From NCBI GenBank assembly GCA_900317635.1, contig ONHN01000012.1:199-64198 (forward strand): a DNA stretch of 64,000 bases, read 5' to 3'. Positions 18,459-28,488 of the stretch are shown in pieces. The stretch comes from an uncultured Prevotellaceae bacterium. Its GTDB lineage: Bacteria; Bacteroidota; Bacteroidia; Bacteroidales; Bacteroidaceae. A program made the position numbers and the translations under genes. How positions within the stretch are numbered: the first letter of the stretch is position 1; each line of letters starts with the position of its first letter. The notes under the pieces were generated by a model. The model was not told the origin of the DNA. It was given only the letters and a program-made list of their open reading frames with translations, and searched no databases.

Positions 18459-19346
18459 TTAGCTCCAATCGAAGCCAAAGAGGTAGTCGCGGATGTGGCG
18501 AAGGACTTCGCGGGCGGCACGAGGGAGGAAGCGTAGGAGGAAGACGCGGCGGGGATGGGCGGCAATGTAGGGGGCGTGCCAGCCGAAATGTGAAGGGAGG
18601 TAGGAGGGGTCGGTGACGAGGTGCGTGCGAAGGCTCATCAGCACGTCGTTGTATTTGTTCTGTTCGTGAACCACTTCTACCCACATAGGGTGCTCGGGTA
18701 TGACGACGTGGTGCTGGTGCGTGCCCTGCGTCTTGCGAATGGTGGTGTGACTCCCCATGCCAAAGACGGTGCGGACGCTGCCCGCCTCGCAGAAGTCCTC
18801 AACGTAGGAGTTGAAGTGGTTGTATTTATAAGGTACGCGCGTAGCAATGCCCAACTCCGTGAAATACTGCAAGCCCCAACGATAGTTGATGAATGTTTTG
18901 TCGGCCACGCTGCTTGCTTCGCTCTGTAGGTGTTCAACGAAGTCGCAACGCAGGGCATCGTCGTTGTCGAGGTAGGTTGTGAGCAAGCGCTTGGTGGCGA
19001 CAGCCGCCCGTTGTTCTGCTTGTTTCTGTTTTATGATGGCGGCTGCTACTTCCTTGAAGATTTGTGCAAAATATGGACTGGCTTCAGGCTTCACCTTGAT
19101 GATGCGTATTTGCGGCACTTGCTGCTTCCATGCCTCGGTTCGCTTTTGCAACCACTCGGGCGATTCGGCATCGAGCAACAACACCCACACAAAGTCCTTA
19201 CACGTTTGGGCCGCAAGGCTTGGCAGGCAATAGGTTTCGAAGAGAGCGGTGCGATGGCGCAGCCAGTCTTCGGTTTGTGCCTCGCCGCCACGTTTGGTGC
19301 GATGCCAGAGGCGAAGGTTGTAGCGGGTAAGAATTAGGTGAAGCAT
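18459..19346 (-). CDS. Putative glycosyltransferase ('putative rhamnosyl transferase' family)
   Basis: LILTRYN...WLRHRTALFETYCLPSLAAQT...TTYLDNDDAL (DxD). Confidence 0.7.
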   Translation of the reverse strand: MLHLILTRYNLRLWHRTKRGGEAQTEDWLRHRTALFETYCLPSLAAQTCKDFVWVLLLDAESPEWLQKRTEAWKQQVPQIRIIKVKPEASPYFAQIFKEVAAAIIKQKQAEQRAAVATKRLLTTYLDNDDALRCDFVEHLQSEASSVADKTFINYRWGLQYFTELGIATRVPYKYNHFNSYVEDFCEAGSVRTVFGMGSHTTIRKTQGTHQHHVVIPEHPMWVEVVHEQNKYNDVLMSLRTHLVTDPSYLPSHFGWHAPYIAAHPRRVFLLRFLPRAAREVLRHIRDYLFGFDWS

Positions 19347-19423
19347 ACGAAGCTGGGGAGGAGCTGGCAAAGACGGAATCTCTCTAACCCCGCCTCGCCC
19401 ATCTCTCGAAGTTAGGGGAAGCT

Positions 19424-19795
19424 TTAGTCGTTTAAGAAGATTTGCTTGATAGAATCGACTTTGCGCTCCACTTCTTTTACGCGTGCCTGCTGCTGGGCAT
19501 TTCGTTTCGACTCTGTTTTAAGGAGCTTTTCAGAAACGGCAAAGCTTTCGTCCGTTTGTAGATTCATTAGTTCGTTGAAGATATCAGCACCTGCTTGCTT
19601 TTTGTTAGCAAGGGCTTCATACTTCACGAGATAGTCCTCGTAAGCCTTAACAGCTTCTTCGGCTTCGGGGTCGGTTTGGGCTACGTTTTCGATGGTTGGT
19701 TCGTTGGTGTTTTCGGCTTCGGCCTGAGGTTTGCTATCGGTGCAGGCTGCAAACGAAAGGGTTAAAAGGCCCATGAGGATAAGGCTTTTCTTCAT
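19424..19795 (-). CDS. Hypothetical lipoprotein
   Basis: MKKSLILMGLLTLSFAAC lipobox; helical body. Confidence 0.8.
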   Translation of the reverse strand: MKKSLILMGLLTLSFAACTDSKPQAEAENTNEPTIENVAQTDPEAEEAVKAYEDYLVKYEALANKKQAGADIFNELMNLQTDESFAVSEKLLKTESKRNAQQQARVKEVERKVDSIKQIFLND

Positions 19796-19818
19796 AATAA
19801 TAAGAGTTGATAATAATG

Positions 19819-19878
19819 AAAAAAGCTCCCCCCCTGCGTTCTTCCACCTACATGAGGGGAAGAACGTAGGAGGGGGAG
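19819..19878 (-). terminator. Intrinsic terminator after eno
   Basis: CTCCCCCCCTGCGTTCTTCC...GGAAGAACGTAGGAGGGGGAG stem; A run on + strand gives a U tract on -. Confidence 0.7.
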
Positions 19879-19897
19879 AAGAAAGTATGCGCGCTGA

Positions 19898-21253
<1,356 letters not shown>

Positions 21254-21392
21254 TTACGAAATTCTGATGACGTAGCAAAACGTTTTTTGAAAGTTTAAGT
21301 TTTCTCTTTGTCTTATGTGCGGTTATGCACCCACAAAGAACATTTGTTCCTTACAGAAGAGAACTATAAATATAGGTGTCCGTTAAAAGCAG

Positions 21393-21478
21393 CGTAGCTG
21401 GCCCACTATGCTTACCCCCCCCGTCGCTCCGAGCGGGAACGACGGGGGGTAAGCATAATGTGTCGCCTTCGGCGACAG
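21393..21478. repeat. REP-like palindrome (family E)
   Basis: ATGCTTACCCCCC..CGTCG...CGACGGGGGGTAAGCAT hairpin plus TGTCGCC-TTC-GGCGACA; starts with CGTAG. Confidence 0.75.
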
Positions 21479-21500
21479 CCTTCCTTAATTGTGGTAACAT

Positions 21501-21650
21501 TATTCAACTTTCGGAAGCTCTCGCTTCCTCAGGAGTTAAAGGAGTTAAAGGGAGTTATCGCAGCCTATGGCTGCTGAGGAGTTAAAGACGATAGTCATAT
21601 TCGAAATACTATAGGGTTCAAAAGTATCGTCTTTAACTCCCTTAACTCCA
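21501..21650. repeat. Family B intergenic element, copy 2
   Basis: Near-identical to 7164-7313; inverted repeat 21578-21592 / 21626-21640. Confidence 0.9.
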
Positions 21651-21746
21651 TAACATTATAATTGCTAATAGGCATTAAGGCTTCCTGCATTTAAGCATCG
21701 TCTTCAGCACTCCCCTTAACACCTACGGACATGCGATACCCAGCAT

Positions 21747-23411
21747 TCAATTCACCTTCTTCCCACAGAAATACACATCGCGCGGCTTGTTGCGGCTGAA
21801 GCCGACGTGCTCGGCTGTGAGTAAGTCGGTGTCAAACACAAGGAAGTCGGCATCCTTGCCAACAGCGATAGAGCCCTTCGCGGCCTCAATGCCCAACTGC
21901 TTGGCACCGTTGATGGTATAGCCTAAGATCATTTCTTCGATACTCATCTTCTCTTTTGGAGAAGGGAACTCCTTTACGACTTTGGCAATCTCTGGTGCTT
22001 TGGTCTTATCGGTAATATATCGCGTCATTCCTATTTCCATGCCAAGGTACGGGCTCCACGACAAGAAATCGCCATAGACGATATTATCGCTCGAGAAAGT
22101 CACATTGGCCCCCGTGTTCCACATCGTTTTGCAGCGATACATCTTGCCCGCCCGTTCCTCGCCGAGCAGACTGCACCATAGTTCGTAGGGATTTCCCCCT
22201 GTACAGCCAGCATGCCACCATGGCGTGTAATTGGCCGTAACGCCCAGCTTGGCAAAGCGTTCCAAATCGACATCATCCTGCACCTCGAGATGCGCGCAGG
22301 TAAGCTTGACGCGGAAATTGTCGCCAAGTTCCTTTCTTGCCAGCTCTACGCCATCGAGAACGGTGCGCGATGCTTTCTCGCCGACGGTGTGTGCATGGAA
22401 GTCCAGTCCTGCCTCGTTGAGCAGTTTCAACACCTCGGCCACCTGCTCCTTGCTGAAGGTTGTAGCCCCCGTTTTGTTTGTATCAACGTAGGGTGTTACC
22501 TGAGCTGCCGTCTCAATCCTTAACGTCCCGTCCATAAATACCTTAAACGTATGGACTCTCAAGTGCTCGGTATTGAACTTCTTGTTGAAACGCTTCACCT
22601 CTTCCACTACTTCCTTCATCTTTCGCGGGTCGGTGAGTGCAATACTTCCATCAATATAGACTGGCAGCCTCCCCTGCTTGTCGAGTTCGCAGAGGCGTTC
22701 GTACACCCGTTCGTGTAGTTCATCGCCCTCGGGATAACCAGCATCGAACACTGCACTCACACCATCGTGTATGGAATAGTCAATCCAACGCTGTAGCTCA
22801 GCATCGATCTGCTCGTCGGTGACGTTCAAGTCGTCAAAGAGGAGTTTCCAACCTGACGATTCAAAAGCGTTACCCGTCACATGCCCATCCTTATGTACAT
22901 AATAGCTAAGTTCGGGCACGGGCGAGGGTGTGTCGTCGGTTATGCCATGACGGTCGAGCACTTTTGAGTTCACCCAAACGCTGTGGCCTTCGCCTTCTAA
23001 AATAAGGAGCTCGGCATCAGGACAGATGGCATCAAGGTCTTCCATTGTAATGTCTTCTCCTTTTAGGTATTTTCGCTCCAAGATGAACCTGTAGCGCTTC
23101 AAGCCAGGATTCTTTTTGATTTCTCCAGCCATGAAGTCCATGGCTTCCTTTTTGCTTGAGCATATAATGTACTGCCCGGGGTCCATATAGGCAAAGCCGA
23201 TGCTGGTGGTCACATGCACGTGGCTATCTATGATGCCTGGCATGACGAACCTGCCGCCAAGGTCGAGGATTTCGCCTTCATAAGTTGAAAGGCCTGCCTC
23301 GTTGCCTACATAGACAAACTTACCGTCCTTTACTACCAGCGCGGTTGCTCGCAGGTTGCTGGTGTTTGCGGTGAAAATTTTCGCGTTTTTAATGATAAGG
23401 TCAGCTTTCAT
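21747..23411 (-). CDS. Amidohydrolase family 3 (YtcJ/NfdA-like) metal-dependent hydrolase
   Basis: MKADLIIKNAKIFT, PGIIDSHVH, KVFMDG, HAHTVGE, CAHLE, FSSD, YTINGA...GSIAVGKDADFLV. Confidence 0.88.
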   Translation of the reverse strand: MKADLIIKNAKIFTANTSNLRATALVVKDGKFVYVGNEAGLSTYEGEILDLGGRFVMPGIIDSHVHVTTSIGFAYMDPGQYIICSSKKEAMDFMAGEIKKNPGLKRYRFILERKYLKGEDITMEDLDAICPDAELLILEGEGHSVWVNSKVLDRHGITDDTPSPVPELSYYVHKDGHVTGNAFESSGWKLLFDDLNVTDEQIDAELQRWIDYSIHDGVSAVFDAGYPEGDELHERVYERLCELDKQGRLPVYIDGSIALTDPRKMKEVVEEVKRFNKKFNTEHLRVHTFKVFMDGTLRIETAAQVTPYVDTNKTGATTFSKEQVAEVLKLLNEAGLDFHAHTVGEKASRTVLDGVELARKELGDNFRVKLTCAHLEVQDDVDLERFAKLGVTANYTPWWHAGCTGGNPYELWCSLLGEERAGKMYRCKTMWNTGANVTFSSDNIVYGDFLSWSPYLGMEIGMTRYITDKTKAPEIAKVVKEFPSPKEKMSIEEMILGYTINGAKQLGIEAAKGSIAVGKDADFLVFDTDLLTAEHVGFSRNKPRDVYFCGKKVN

Positions 23412-23462
23412 ATTGTTTCTGCTTGTTATGGAGTTTTGTGTGTAATTTAAGTAACGCACCGT

Positions 23463-25073
23463 TTAAATCCAATAATAGTTGGTCAAGAAATAGCTTCTGT
23501 CCCAATCAACTATCTTGACATCGGCCTCTTTTGCCGAATGAATATCAAACTCGTCGAGCACCATCACCTGCTTGTCCTTCACGTCATAGCGCGGCCACTG
23601 TTTAGCCTTACCGTCGGGCGAAATGTCTGCGCCGAGCGAGGGATTGCCCGTCTTTGCGAACTGCACCCACATTTTGCGCATGGTCTTTTGGAAAGTCTCG
23701 TCTAACATTCTTCCATCTATCATTTCGGGATGACAGAACACAATGGGCAGCTCTTCGCCGTGGCCGCTCTTGAGCATGGGGACGGACGATTCAATGGTGT
23801 AGAAGTAGGCGTACATCTTTCCGCCGCCCTTAGCTTGCTCCTCCGCTAATCTGACAGATGGTGCAATGAACCAACTTTGGCTGAACAGAGCACTTTCTCC
23901 TTCCCAACTTTCACCCTTTACGTTTTTGCAGTATTCCTGCACCAATGTTTTCTCTTCATTCGTCAGTTGAGCAAACTTCTTCGTCTTTCGGTCGTTGGCC
24001 CACATCTTAAAACCTTCTTTGCCCAACACCATAGCAAAGAAATTAAACTCGTCTTTGTTGCAGCCCTGAAGGATGTCGATGTCCTTTGCAGCACCGTCAG
24101 CGTATGCCTTGAACGGATCCAGCGGCAAGTAGGCACCATCTCTTTCTGGACAAGTGCGGACGCAGAGCAAGTCGCCCGCCATTTCCACAAGGCGGTCGAT
24201 ATCCACTTTCTGTAAATCGCTGACGGTCTTGCAACCCAGCTGTTCCATCAGTTCGTTCGTGCAAGCGATGGCCTCGTCGGTTGTTCTCGTAATGGCGGGA
24301 GTTCCGCTTTGCGCAATGACCCGTTTAAAATACTTATGCGAGTCTTTTACGAGGGGGAGCAGGGAGACGCTGGCAGCCCCCGCCGATTCGCCCCAAATCG
24401 TCACGTTGTTTGGGTCACCGCCGAAGGCCTCGATGTTCTCATGCACCCACTTCAGTCCCATAATTTGGTCCATAAGACCTAAGTTTGCTGCATCGGGGAA
24501 GTCCATACCATCGGGGAGGTGAGACAGATGCAAAAAGCCGAAGACCCCCAGCCTATACGCTATGGTAACAACGATGACATCGGGATTTTCCTTCACAAGC
24601 TGATGGCAATCAAATATACCAACCGACGTTGCTCCGTATTCGAAAGCACCACCGTGGATATAGACCATAACGGGCTTCTTCGACGTAGTCATATCGTCTG
24701 CCTTCCACACGTTCAGAAACAGACAATCTTCACCCGCATAGCCAATGCCTGCCAGTTCGCAAACTTCCTTAAGCTGAACGGGAGCCTTACCATAGTCAAA
24801 GGCCTCGTAAGTGCCACTGTCTGCGGTGCAGGGGACAGGTGCTTTCCAACGCAGGTCGCCTACGGGTTGCTTGCCAACAAACGGGATGCCTTTCCATGCA
24901 ATGACGGTGTCCGTCTTCTTGCCCACGAAGGTTCCGTTAATACACTTAACCGATAGCGACGAGTCGCTTTGGCCGCTTGCCATGCTGTTATCAGAACTTG
25001 CTTGCAAAATCAAACTCTTTTTCGAGGCATGCTCATTAGTAGGAATGCCGAGAATAACCTTCTTTTCCATCAT
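23463..25073 (-). CDS. Type-B carboxylesterase (PnbA-like)
   Basis: WKGIPF, EDCLFLNVW, YIHGGAF, GESAG nucleophile, NKDE and GHGEE triad residues. Confidence 0.92.
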   Translation of the reverse strand: MMEKKVILGIPTNEHASKKSLILQASSDNSMASGQSDSSLSVKCINGTFVGKKTDTVIAWKGIPFVGKQPVGDLRWKAPVPCTADSGTYEAFDYGKAPVQLKEVCELAGIGYAGEDCLFLNVWKADDMTTSKKPVMVYIHGGAFEYGATSVGIFDCHQLVKENPDVIVVTIAYRLGVFGFLHLSHLPDGMDFPDAANLGLMDQIMGLKWVHENIEAFGGDPNNVTIWGESAGAASVSLLPLVKDSHKYFKRVIAQSGTPAITRTTDEAIACTNELMEQLGCKTVSDLQKVDIDRLVEMAGDLLCVRTCPERDGAYLPLDPFKAYADGAAKDIDILQGCNKDEFNFFAMVLGKEGFKMWANDRKTKKFAQLTNEEKTLVQEYCKNVKGESWEGESALFSQSWFIAPSVRLAEEQAKGGGKMYAYFYTIESSVPMLKSGHGEELPIVFCHPEMIDGRMLDETFQKTMRKMWVQFAKTGNPSLGADISPDGKAKQWPRYDVKDKQVMVLDEFDIHSAKEADVKIVDWDRSYFLTNYYWI

Positions 25074-25190
25074 TGCATATCAGTTTATAGTTAGTTAATG
25101 TTTCAACCATTTTCTGCTCAATATACGTGTTGCAAAGATAGCTCTTTCCCCTATAATAAAGCAACGCCGCCTGTGTGGCGGCGCGATTAT

Positions 25191-25227
25191 TGCAGATTTC
25201 GACACTGTTTTTGCGAATTTTGGCACT
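25191..25227. promoter_or_regulatory. Putative tandem AraC-type operator upstream of the esterase promoter
   Basis: TGCAGATTTCGACACT (25191) and TGCGAATTTTGGCACT (25212), 21 bp apart, upstream of the -7 box at 25133-25140. Confidence 0.5.
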
Positions 25228-26397
25228 TCAGTCCTTTTCCAATCGTTGATCCTTTATCCAAGCCGACACCGACATCCCCGTCTTTCGCTTAAAGGCGGCA
25301 CTAAAGGTGCTGTAACTACGGAAGCCGCTTTCGTGAGCCAACTGCTGGGCAGTGAACGGGTGCTGCTCGTTCACTGCTTTTTGATAGAGACTGATGAAAT
25401 GGTTAATGCGTAGGGCGTTGATATAGGCATTGTAGTTTGTACCTTGTGCAGAAAAGTACTGACTGAGATAAAGGCGGTTCGTGCCTATGGCCTTGGCAAG
25501 TTGAACAAGAGAAAGATCATGCTGCAAGTAGAGCCTTACATCTATGCAATAGCGCTGTAGCAAAGCACCAATGTCTTTAGCTGGCCACACGGGTTGAGGC
25601 ACTGCGCTATCTGTCTCAGCAGGCGTGTCGTTTCCTGGCTGAGGGTTGGGACATAATTCTGCGTTAAGAGCGTTTTGCGGTTGAGAGATACTCAGGTCGC
25701 TTAATGTCTCAACGCGCCATAGGAGATAGCCTATCAGTATGATGTTGTTTACCTGAGCGATGTATTGATAGACAATACCTTTTGAACCAAACGAATAAAC
25801 GCCGAGCACCAGCACGATAAAGGCCAGCACCACGAGGCTCTGCCATACTTCCTTGTGCTCAAGGTCGGCATAGTTGTCGCGCAGCCAACGCCCGTATTGT
25901 TTCGTCGCCCGCACCATATATATAGTGAAGCCTATACCCGTCAACAAATGATAGGTATATATTATAGGTATAAGGGCCGTGCTGTGAGAAATGATAGATG
26001 CCGCCAGCCCCACAATGGGGGGCACCACCATGACAAAGGCGATCCACTGAGGGCGACGCCGGTCCTGTAGCATGCTGAACAATATGATAATAACTAAGGG
26101 GATAAGCGTCATGAAGTCGAGAATTGCGCCAACCAGATAGCATTGCAAAACATCCTCACTCGATGATAGATAAAGTATTGGCATATACCACGCATGGCTC
26201 AACGTCATAAACGCAAAAAAGACTGCCACCCATCGCCGCAAGCGTATCGGCGGAGTAACATCAGGAGCAATGGCGTTGCTCCGACGGAAAAGCAGATAGC
26301 AACAGGCTGTCAAGGACAACATAGCTACAGCTCCGTAAAGCATGAGGTAGAAGAAATGTTCTGGTGTCTGATATTCGTTCATCATTGGCGATGACAT
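25228..26397 (-). CDS. Membrane-embedded AraC family regulator
   Basis: About seven hydrophobic N-terminal segments; C-terminal AraC HTH (YLQHDLSLVQLAKAIGTNRLYLS...SGFRSYSTFSAAFKRKTG). Confidence 0.9.
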   Translation of the reverse strand: MSSPMMNEYQTPEHFFYLMLYGAVAMLSLTACCYLLFRRSNAIAPDVTPPIRLRRWVAVFFAFMTLSHAWYMPILYLSSSEDVLQCYLVGAILDFMTLIPLVIIILFSMLQDRRRPQWIAFVMVVPPIVGLAASIISHSTALIPIIYTYHLLTGIGFTIYMVRATKQYGRWLRDNYADLEHKEVWQSLVVLAFIVLVLGVYSFGSKGIVYQYIAQVNNIILIGYLLWRVETLSDLSISQPQNALNAELCPNPQPGNDTPAETDSAVPQPVWPAKDIGALLQRYCIDVRLYLQHDLSLVQLAKAIGTNRLYLSQYFSAQGTNYNAYINALRINHFISLYQKAVNEQHPFTAQQLAHESGFRSYSTFSAAFKRKTGMSVSAWIKDQRLEKD

Positions 26398-26402
26398 ATT
26401 TG

Positions 26403-26446
26403 AAGTGAGAAGTGACGGGTGACAAGTGACGGGTCAGCCTACGCCC
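26403..26446. repeat. Family A element, partial copy
   Basis: GTGAGAA-GTGACGG-GTGACAA-GTGACGG followed by GCCTACGCC (start of the core). Confidence 0.6.
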
Positions 26447-26676
26447 AGCTCTTTTGTCGGCATGGCAAAGATACAACATTTATTTGAAAAGTACCTACTT
26501 TAAGAAGAATTCTTTTACCTCTTAGGTCCCACTCCTCAAACAGCTGAAACCCAAAGTTAGGAATATTATTCGTATCTTTGCAGTCGCAATGACTGAGCTA
26601 CGATGAGCCGCATAGAGTCTATCCTAGTTCATGATACATTCCCCAAAAAACGCAACCATTAACAGCTAAAACAAAA

Positions 26677-27573
26677 ATGCCCCGAAAACCATTAGGATAT
26701 AAAGCGGGCTTTGCCATAGGCAGTGCGCTCATCGTCATAGGCTTGGTGATGCAACTCATCGTTGGTGCCATCGATTGGAGACTACTGCACGCTCCTGCCA
26801 ACTACGTCCTGTTGGCCGTGACGTGCATCGTGCTTGTCGTGTTGCACCTTACAAGCGAGCAGTCTCGCTTCGTGCGTTTCCTTACCTCCGCACAGGCCGC
26901 AGTCCCCTCGCTTTTCTATGCCACCACCCTGACGGCTACGATGGGTTTGATACGCCAACAGTCAGGCCAAGGAACTTCGGCCGATGTCCTCGGTCTGACC
27001 AGCATGCTCACCGCGTGGCCCTTTGTGCTAACGTACGTATGGATGACGCTGATTGTTGGACTTGTGGCGGTGAAGCAAGTGAGTCAAATGGTCAAAAAGA
27101 AGAAGCCCCTTTTGCGCACCCTCCCCTCGCTGCTTTGCCACGTGGGACTGTTCGTGGCACTCACGGCGGCCACGTTGGGCAGTGCTGACATACAGAAGCT
27201 CAGAATGATTTGCATGAAGGGCAAACCGCAGTCGTATGTCGTCAACGAAGGGGGGCAACTCAAAAAAATCTCTGTAGCCATCGAGCTAAAGCACTTCATC
27301 CTTGAAACCTCCGAAGAGGGTATGCCGAAACGCTTTGCATCGGAAGTTAGCGTGATTGAACCTTCGGGCAAACGCACCGAGGCAACTATCGACGTGAACC
27401 ACCCCATTGAAGTGAAAGGCTGGAAGATCTACCAATACGGCTACGACACCATGGCGGGTGCAGAGAGTCGCATCAGCATCTTCGAACTCGTTCACGACCC
27501 ATGGTTCCCCGCCGTTTATGTGGGTATTTACCTGCTCTTGGCGGGTGCTGTGCTGATGTTCTTAAGGAAGTAA
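26677..27573 (+). CDS. Cytochrome c biogenesis protein ResB/Ccs1-like (system II)
   Basis: Multiple TMs, CHVGLFVAL...LGSAD, PKRFASEV...VNHPIEVKGWKIYQYGYD...DPWFPAVYVGI; directly upstream of ccsA. Confidence 0.8.
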   Translation: MPRKPLGYKAGFAIGSALIVIGLVMQLIVGAIDWRLLHAPANYVLLAVTCIVLVVLHLTSEQSRFVRFLTSAQAAVPSLFYATTLTATMGLIRQQSGQGTSADVLGLTSMLTAWPFVLTYVWMTLIVGLVAVKQVSQMVKKKKPLLRTLPSLLCHVGLFVALTAATLGSADIQKLRMICMKGKPQSYVVNEGGQLKKISVAIELKHFILETSEEGMPKRFASEVSVIEPSGKRTEATIDVNHPIEVKGWKIYQYGYDTMAGAESRISIFELVHDPWFPAVYVGIYLLLAGAVLMFLRK

Positions 27574-27619
27574 TGGATGAGATAGTCCTATTATCATAGA
27601 CACATAATAATCTTGCAAC

Positions 27620-28399
27620 ATGACACTTTGGAATACGTTCATATACTTTGCCATTGCAGCCGTTATTGCTTGGGCAGCGGGCGCGCTCTTTGCTTGGCGA
27701 GGGAAAAGGAAATTAGCTGTTGGGGTTACGGCTGCTGGGCTTAGCGTATTTTTTGCCTACGTACTCACGATGTGGATAACGTTGGAGCGGCCGCCCTTGC
27801 GGACGATGGGCGAAACGCGCTTATGGTATGCGCTGCTGCTGCCTTTTGCGGGTTTGATGGTCTATCTGCGCCACGGCTACCGCTGGATCCTCTCCTTCAC
27901 CACGTTGCTGGCCACCGTGTTTGTCTGCATCAACATCTTCAAGCCCGAAATACACGAAAAGACGCTGATGCCAGCGTTGCAGAGCCCGTGGTTTGCACCC
28001 CACGTCATCGTTTATATGTTGGCCTATGCGCTGCTGGGAGCAGCAACGCTCATTGCCTTTTATGCCCTTGTCTTTCCTAAGCGGGCAGCCAAAGGAGAAA
28101 AGGACCTGAGCCGCAGCACGCAGGAGATTGTCAGTGTGGGCTGGTCTTTTCTGACGGTGGGCATGCTCTTCGGTGCACTATGGGCTAAAGAGGCTTGGGG
28201 ACACTACTGGACGTGGGACCCGAAGGAGACATGGGCCGCTGGGACGTGGCTTGCCTATCTCGTCTTTATCCACTGGCGTGGCGCGAACCGCCTTCGCTAC
28301 TATTGGCTACTCGTTTGCTTCGTCCTGCTGCAAATGTGCTGGTGGGGCATTAACTATCTGCCTTCGGCGCAAGGCATGAGCGTTCATACCTACGGATAA
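27620..28399 (+). CDS. ccsA: Cytochrome c biogenesis protein CcsA
   Basis: PALQSPWFAPHV, WWD domain WAKEAWGHYWTWDPKETW, C-terminal SVHTYG histidine. Confidence 0.9.
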   Translation: MTLWNTFIYFAIAAVIAWAAGALFAWRGKRKLAVGVTAAGLSVFFAYVLTMWITLERPPLRTMGETRLWYALLLPFAGLMVYLRHGYRWILSFTTLLATVFVCINIFKPEIHEKTLMPALQSPWFAPHVIVYMLAYALLGAATLIAFYALVFPKRAAKGEKDLSRSTQEIVSVGWSFLTVGMLFGALWAKEAWGHYWTWDPKETWAAGTWLAYLVFIHWRGANRLRYYWLLVCFVLLQMCWWGINYLPSAQGMSVHTYG

Positions 28400-28417
28400 G
28401 GCACTCATACAACACAA

Positions 28418-28469
28418 AAAGCCCCTCCTAACTTTCGGCCCTTTAAGGGGAGAAGTTAGGAGGGGCTTT
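28418..28469. terminator. Bidirectional terminator between ccsA and clpC
   Basis: AAAGCCCCTCCTAACTT...AAGTTAGGAGGGGCTTT stem. Confidence 0.75.
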
Positions 28470-28488
28470 ATCTTATAACCCTTAAAGA

